Source: Amoebidium appalachense (Eukaryota > Protista > Ichthyosporea). From it: a DNA stretch of 64,000 nucleotides. The number at the start of each line of letters is the position of its first letter. The first letter of the stretch is position 1. The notes below the pieces were generated by a model. That model was not told the origin of the DNA and searched no databases. It saw nothing but the letters and a program-made list of their open reading frames with translations. The stretch covers positions 1,929,538 through 1,993,537 of the forward strand of contig CAVNZM010000016.1 of assembly GCA_963693365.1 (NCBI GenBank), read 5' to 3'. A program made the translations under genes and the position numbers. This document shows, one piece after another, positions 27,120-64,000 of this stretch.

Positions 27120-29747
27120 TGTGTGTGTGTGCGCGTGCGCTATAATTTTGTAGTGATGTGTTTCTCAAGCCAATCAATACATCTAATAAACAGGTCGTAG
27201 TTACGCGTGTTTAGTATAAAATCAAGGATGTTGTAATTTACAGGTAGGCTATCTTTCTGGGTGTCTGTTGTGAATGTGACGTGTGTGTGTTGCGGTATTA
27301 TGTGGTCTATCAAACTACATTTGGCGATACATGACCGGTTAAACTGGTGTGTGTGTGTGTTGTTTGGGCATGCAAATGATGCCACCTTATACTTATTAGA
27401 TCTCCACTGTATAGCACGTGTACAGTAAAAGCGTGGTAATTGATCAATAATACCATCAGCTAGAGAAAGACCAGTTCTACAGGAAGGTAATATGTATTTA
27501 GGTGTTATACACTTGCGAGTGCCATATTTGGCAATATGGTTGAGGCGGTCAGTATATATAAAACGAGACATAAGGCTTAGTTTTTCAAGGTGTATGCTTT
27601 CATCGGGTCTAGTGTCGTGTGGTATCTTTTTCCATTTGTTATATTGCGTGATTATCTTGTGATTGTGTACATGTTTAATAAGTAAGTGGCAGTCCAAAGT
27701 CACACACACACTATTGCGGGGTTTATTTGTATTTGTGCCCAGGGGAGAAGGGGAGAGAGAGGGGAGGAAAGAGGGGAGGGGGGGAAAGAGGGGAAGGGGA
27801 GAAAGTCATGGTCAAGACAGGTCAAGAAACAAACGAACGTGCAGAAAGCAAACGGACGTCCCCTATAGGTTTTTGTTTTTGACGCCTTCGTGTCCACACC
27901 ACAGCTTTTGGCGTTACTGCATCTTTGTACTGTGTTATAAAGTGTATTAAAGAGCTATTATAGGCTAAGACCATACTGTGCGTGCATGCGCGCGTCTGCG
28001 GGTACACGGAAAGCGAGTCTCAGATTTGCCCATGTAGTGGAATTCAATTTGTATTTATACGATCTGCGAAGTTCATGGCCTGCCTGGCCACACACACACC
28101 ACAGGCACGCACACGCACACGCACACGCACACACACGCACATACACACACACACATGCACGCACACACTCACGCACACGCACACACGACGTAGTACTCTG
28201 GGACAGAGGCTTGTGTTCCTGCCACATGTGCTTGCGACATTGTGTGCCACGGTAGTGCAGGCCAATCCAATTAGAGCGGCATTTGTGTGTACAACTATGA
28301 TTTAACTATATACAGGCCCGTGAAACACGTTTCCCGATGTTTTCCTAACCAGAGGAATAGGTGAGAATGGAGGGGGCTTCGAAAAAAGGGAGTAGGGTAG
28401 GATTTGAGGGTGATCATCGGATTGCTGAGCGCAAGGCCTAGGTGTGCCGCATTTACCCTCCAGTAGCAGTTGCTGTACACGCCTGGGCTTTAGGCTTTAT
28501 GAAACCACAAAAAGCAAATAAAGCAAAAACCGTTACCCAGTGTGTCCTGTCATTATGAGCACTACTTGGGACGAGCATTCTGGGAGCGCCGACGATCACT
28601 TTCTTAGACTCGTGCACACCAATTGCAGCCCCCGAGTCCCGCCCCGTTCCCACCTTTGCACACACTTGCATGCTTTGCACGAGCTAACAGATGTACACAC
28701 AGCAAAAAAAATCACGTATGGAGCACACACGCACAACAGCCCTGAGCAGCCGTCCCTTCCCATCTCTCTCCCTCTCCCTCCCCCCCCACTCCCCCCCCCC
28801 CCCCCCCCCCCCCCCCCCCTTCTTTTTATTATCTCTCTCTCTCATGATCTGCCCCCCCCCCCCCCCCCCCTCCCCGCGCCCCCTAGGCCTCTCGCGTTCT
28901 CTCGCTAGAGCTCTCTTCTTCTCTCTCTTGCCCTCTCCCCTCCCCCCCTCCCCCCCCCCTCTCTCTCCCCTCCCTCCCGAGATCCCTTTCTCCCTCCCTC
29001 TCTCTGTCTCCCCCCCCCCCCCCCCCTTCTCTCTGCCTCTCTCTAGGTAGATCTCTCGCTCGCTTGCTCCCTCTCTCTTCCTCCCGGAATCCCTCCCTCC
29101 ACCTCGGTCGTTCACACGAGTGCACACACACAACACACACAACAAGCTTGTGCACACGCGAACATCCAACGGCAGCTTCACCAGAACTAAAACGGTTTAA
29201 ATTTCTCGCCAATAGCTTAATTAATGCTAATTGTTGCCAAAGTTTGACTATATGTTTGGAACACTAACGTCTATATCTACTGTTGCAGGCACGATACATG
29301 TAAGAAACTCATATGTAGTCATTACCTCCCCCCCCCCCCCCCCCCCCCCCCCGTGCCGTGCCTTTTATGGTCTTTTGGCCGCATGCAGAGTAAGTGCACT
29401 GTTGCAACTGATGTGCACCTCCAATGTGCACATGAAATGTGTGCGACGTGTTTGCCTTTCTGCAAGCTGTTATACGAAAAAACACACCGAGGCTACTCAG
29501 CGATGGCCTCGGTGTGTTTTTAAAACGATATAGAACGATATTCCTACCCTTTTTTAAAAAAAAATCTAACAAAAATGATAATTAGCGAGTTGTTTACTTT
29601 TATATGCATCCAGCTGTAACATTCAGACAGAAGTACCAGCCTGCCCTCATATAGATTTTTGCTATCACCTACTGCGTACATAATACTAGGACAAAATTCA
29701 CAAACGAGCTGACATCACAAATATATCATGATCACTATGTACACCAC

Positions 29748-29786
<39 letters not shown>

Positions 29787-30287
29787 CCCGGGGTTTTTTT
29801 CATCCCCCTACCCATGAAACACGCATCCGCAACTAAACCCCCAAATTTAAATATTAAAAAAACAATATGAATTGACGCCTATTAGTATGGATGTATCATC
29901 TCCATTATATACTGCCAACACTGTTCTTCATATGAAACCAAAACAACAGGATATGAGAAATCAGTGAAAGCACAGTAGACAGCTCAAGGGCATTTTGGTT
30001 GGTTAGCAGAAAACCTTTATGTCTGTGTGCATATCTAGCTTAGTAACTACAGCATACACCCACCCACCCACCCACCCACCCACACACACACACAAAAAAA
30101 AAGAAAATGAAAAAGAAAAAAAAAAAAAAAGAAAAAAAAAATCCAAATCAAAACAACAAAAAGGGGAAGAAAAAAAAAAAGGCAGGCATACCTTCTGACG
30201 ATGGGATTCCTGGTAATAGTAGCACAAACCGGCCGTCTAAAAGCGTAACGGGAAGGTGGCTTGTACAAAGAAAACCAAGAAACAAGC

Positions 30288-48686
<18,399 letters not shown>

Positions 48687-50216
48687 GGTGAAGATTAAAT
48701 GCACACCGGCGCACAGGGCAAAGGGTTCTATTGTGCACCAGAGTTAACCAAGACGCGAAGAAGCAGGTTATGGTATTATTGCTTGGTGTCTACGAACCGA
48801 GCTTTGAATTAGTCACCAACACTAACGTTTATCTTCTGCAGCATTGGTAGCCGTCCAAGGAGGCGAAATATTACCTAAAGGCTAACTTTTTAGGAAGATA
48901 TACCCCTGATCTCCGCGTCTTTTAGTCTAAAAATCTACTGTTTCTTACGATGTTTTTTTTTGCTGTTTTGCACCCCGTTTTTCGTTTGCGCAGTGTTGCC
49001 ACTGCAGTGACACAGTGAGCCGCTTCGCGTTGATCTAGATATCCAAATATCTAGATTGTTATATTTACGTATAACATTCTCGCAATCCGATCGATCTGTT
49101 AACTTCTTACAAATTGCATAAAATCTAAATTGATTTCGACCCTCTTCCAGATGGGCGAATCTGGAAGGGGGGGGGGGGTCTTCTAGATGACTGGGATGAG
49201 ACGATTGGTCCTTGGAACTCGCCTAAATATCTCTTATCCAATATAATTGCGATCAACGATCTAGACAATCCAGTTTCTAAACTGCTCTACACGAATCGAG
49301 CAGAATTTTACATAGATATTTAAAGAACGGCATTGGTTTTCTAAACTCGCCAAGTATGTGAATGTTTAGATCAACGCGAAGCGACTCAGTTTATGTTACT
49401 CCGCCGCGGGATTGGACATACGACATTCTTTTGGAAGCTGGCCAAATAGACTACACATTCAACTAATGATGAGAAAAGAAGAAATGGCTACATAGTTGTC
49501 TCTTTAATAGGCCTAAAAGCTGTGTCCCAAGTGTTTAATCTATAGTGCTTTATACTATATAGCTATTTTGTGCTATAGATGTGCCATGAATCAATTTGTA
49601 TATGGTTTAGAAGAGCAGCCAAGGAAGATCCATTTTACGGGCCAAAAAAGTCAAGTTTACACACCTCGAGCGCAGCCAATTAAAACGATAAACCCCTGTA
49701 AAACGATTAAAGCAAATCAGAAAACTCCAAAAACCTGCCATTTTTAGGCATAAATAAACCTGGCATTTAGCCATATTAGGCAGAACCTCACACTGTTTTT
49801 CTTTAATACTGCTGTACGTTTTTGGCGGCAACACAGTTGACTGAAAACTTGTGCGGAGTCTCAGAAGAAGTGATCATTGAGTAGAAATCTTGAAGAATTA
49901 CACACGCACTGAGTAGAAGCTTGAATAATTACACACACATGCACACGTACACGCGACTTTTTCGTTATACTACTCTCTCTCAACAGCACGCATTTCTTCA
50001 CTTATACATCGTATCCAAGGGTTCCTTCCTTTCATCCATGAAATAAACGGCTCAGTTATCGGAACAGTGTGCGACCCTATCATCAGAGTGCTCAATGCAG
50101 TGTTCAAAAAGGGGGGATTAACAGACACCCTCTGCCTTACCCTGTCGTTCAAGGAGTACATAGATTTCATATATTAAAATTAGCAATGTTTAGGGTTTAG
50201 GCCGAAACGCTCACAG
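48687..50216. promoter_or_regulatory. Head-to-head intergenic region (probable bidirectional promoter) for kinesin-1 and UVRAG
   Basis: The two start codons diverge 1.53 kb apart, and the interval is largely free of the microsatellites that fill the introns. The promoter role is inferred. Confidence 0.45.
49017..49387. mobile_element. MITE with 21-bp terminal inverted repeats and 3-bp TSD
   Basis: Left end GAGCCGCTTCGCGTTGATCTA, right end TAGATCAACGCGAAGCGACTC (1 mismatch). AGT flanks both sides (49014-16, 49388-90). Confidence 0.75.
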
Positions 50217-62932
<12,716 letters not shown>

Positions 62933-63218
62933 GAAGAGAGGCTGTCCCAACGAACAATTTTGCTTGTGTGTAAGGTTTTATCTCAACTTGTTAATGGTTT
63001 TAAACGAGAAACTCACCTTTGCGGATGTCATATATCACGTATTTTTTAATATTAATATTGAATGTGGTGTGAGTTTTAATCACATTGGTGTGTACGTATC
63101 TGCATTTTAAAAAAGGTTTTAAAAAGGATTGAATGTGTGAACACATGTGACATATACACCCCAACCACAATCACTTTGTATTCGTAGAAGAAAGAACGCA
63201 TGGGGCAGTTTCAACAGT

Positions 63219-63338
63219 GTTTTATAGTTCTATGGTGATACCGTTTTATATGTATGTGGCGATAATGTTTTATAGTTATATGGCAATCACGCTTTATAGT
63301 TATTTGACGGTCGCGTTTTATAGTTCTATGGCGATACA
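63219..63338. repeat. 24-bp minisatellite, 5 units
   Basis: Consensus approximately GTTTTATAGTTCTATGGCGATAC(N). Confidence 0.8.
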
Positions 63339-63480
63339 GATATATGCGGTAACCCATACTTTCTCCTATTGCCATGCTGAGTAACACTTCCCGCCTGTGC
63401 ACCTTTGTACCCGAACGTGAAAAACCCACTCACGTAATGCATTTCTCAACACTGGTGTGTCTGGTTTTGGTGTCTGTGCG

Positions 63481-63516
<36 letters not shown>

Positions 63517-64000
63517 ATGGCTGTGGAGCAAAAATGCGCGAAAATTGCTAGAAATACGGCACTTTTCCGTTACGATGCTGTTTCATCAACAGTTTCCCGG
63601 TTATAGTGGCTTGGAACGAATGATGTGGGATACGAGTAGTCTATTCCTAGCAGAAGATGGCATGTTTAACATAATAAATAAATAAAATTTGAACGGCAAA
63701 TTAAGCTTTTTAAATTTTGTCTGGTCTGCGTAAAGAATTATAATCGGTCCACTTAGATTGAAGCGTAATGAACACTTTGATATATAGGGCTTGCTTGTCA
63801 CGTGTGTAACAGGTGTGTGTGTGCACGCGCATGTGTGAGCGCCAACGCACGGTACCGATGTGTTTTTGTGTGTTTCACACGTGTGTGCATATGCATGTGC
63901 ATGTGGGTGTTCTTTTGCGTGCGTGCGTGTGTGTTGTGTGTGTGTGTGTGTGCGCGCGCGCGCGCGCGCACGCGTGCGTGTGCGTATGTGCGTGACAGTC

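Noticed and set aside
63219-63338. CRISPR-like array
   Set aside because: The units are contiguous 24-mers without unique spacers, in a eukaryotic context with no cas genes.

Overview
This is eukaryotic, intron-rich genomic DNA saturated with poly-G/poly-C tracts and (CA)n, (GA)n and (GCAC)n microsatellites, so most entries in the ORF track are repeat artefacts. Splicing by hand gave four phase-consistent genes: a single-pass receptor tyrosine pseudokinase (-, 2509-15885, ~724 aa), glycogenin (-, 20551-25747, ~360 aa), kinesin-1 heavy chain (-, ~30288-48686, ~757 aa, last exon uncertain) and UVRAG (+, 50217-62932, ~476 aa). A receptor TK alongside animal-like GYG/UVRAG and a fungal-like kinesin-1 suggests a unicellular holozoan, e.g. 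an ichthyosporean (inference). The most striking non-genic signal is a superfamily of about 20 short intronic elements. Each has a fixed end running into a poly(C) tract and a variably truncated other end, and most retain a conserved structured core (CCTGAGGATGGGCTC). Every copy I recognised lies in the host gene's sense orientation, making this a candidate poly(C)-tailed, poly(C)-targeting retroposon or intron-hosted mobile RNA. A second recurring pattern is 'exon-edge echoes': short duplications of a splice site plus exon edge inside the neighbouring intron. TTAA-flanked and 3-bp-TSD MITEs, a GC-AG intron and several tandem arrays are also present. All coordinates were read by eye and no database searches were run.
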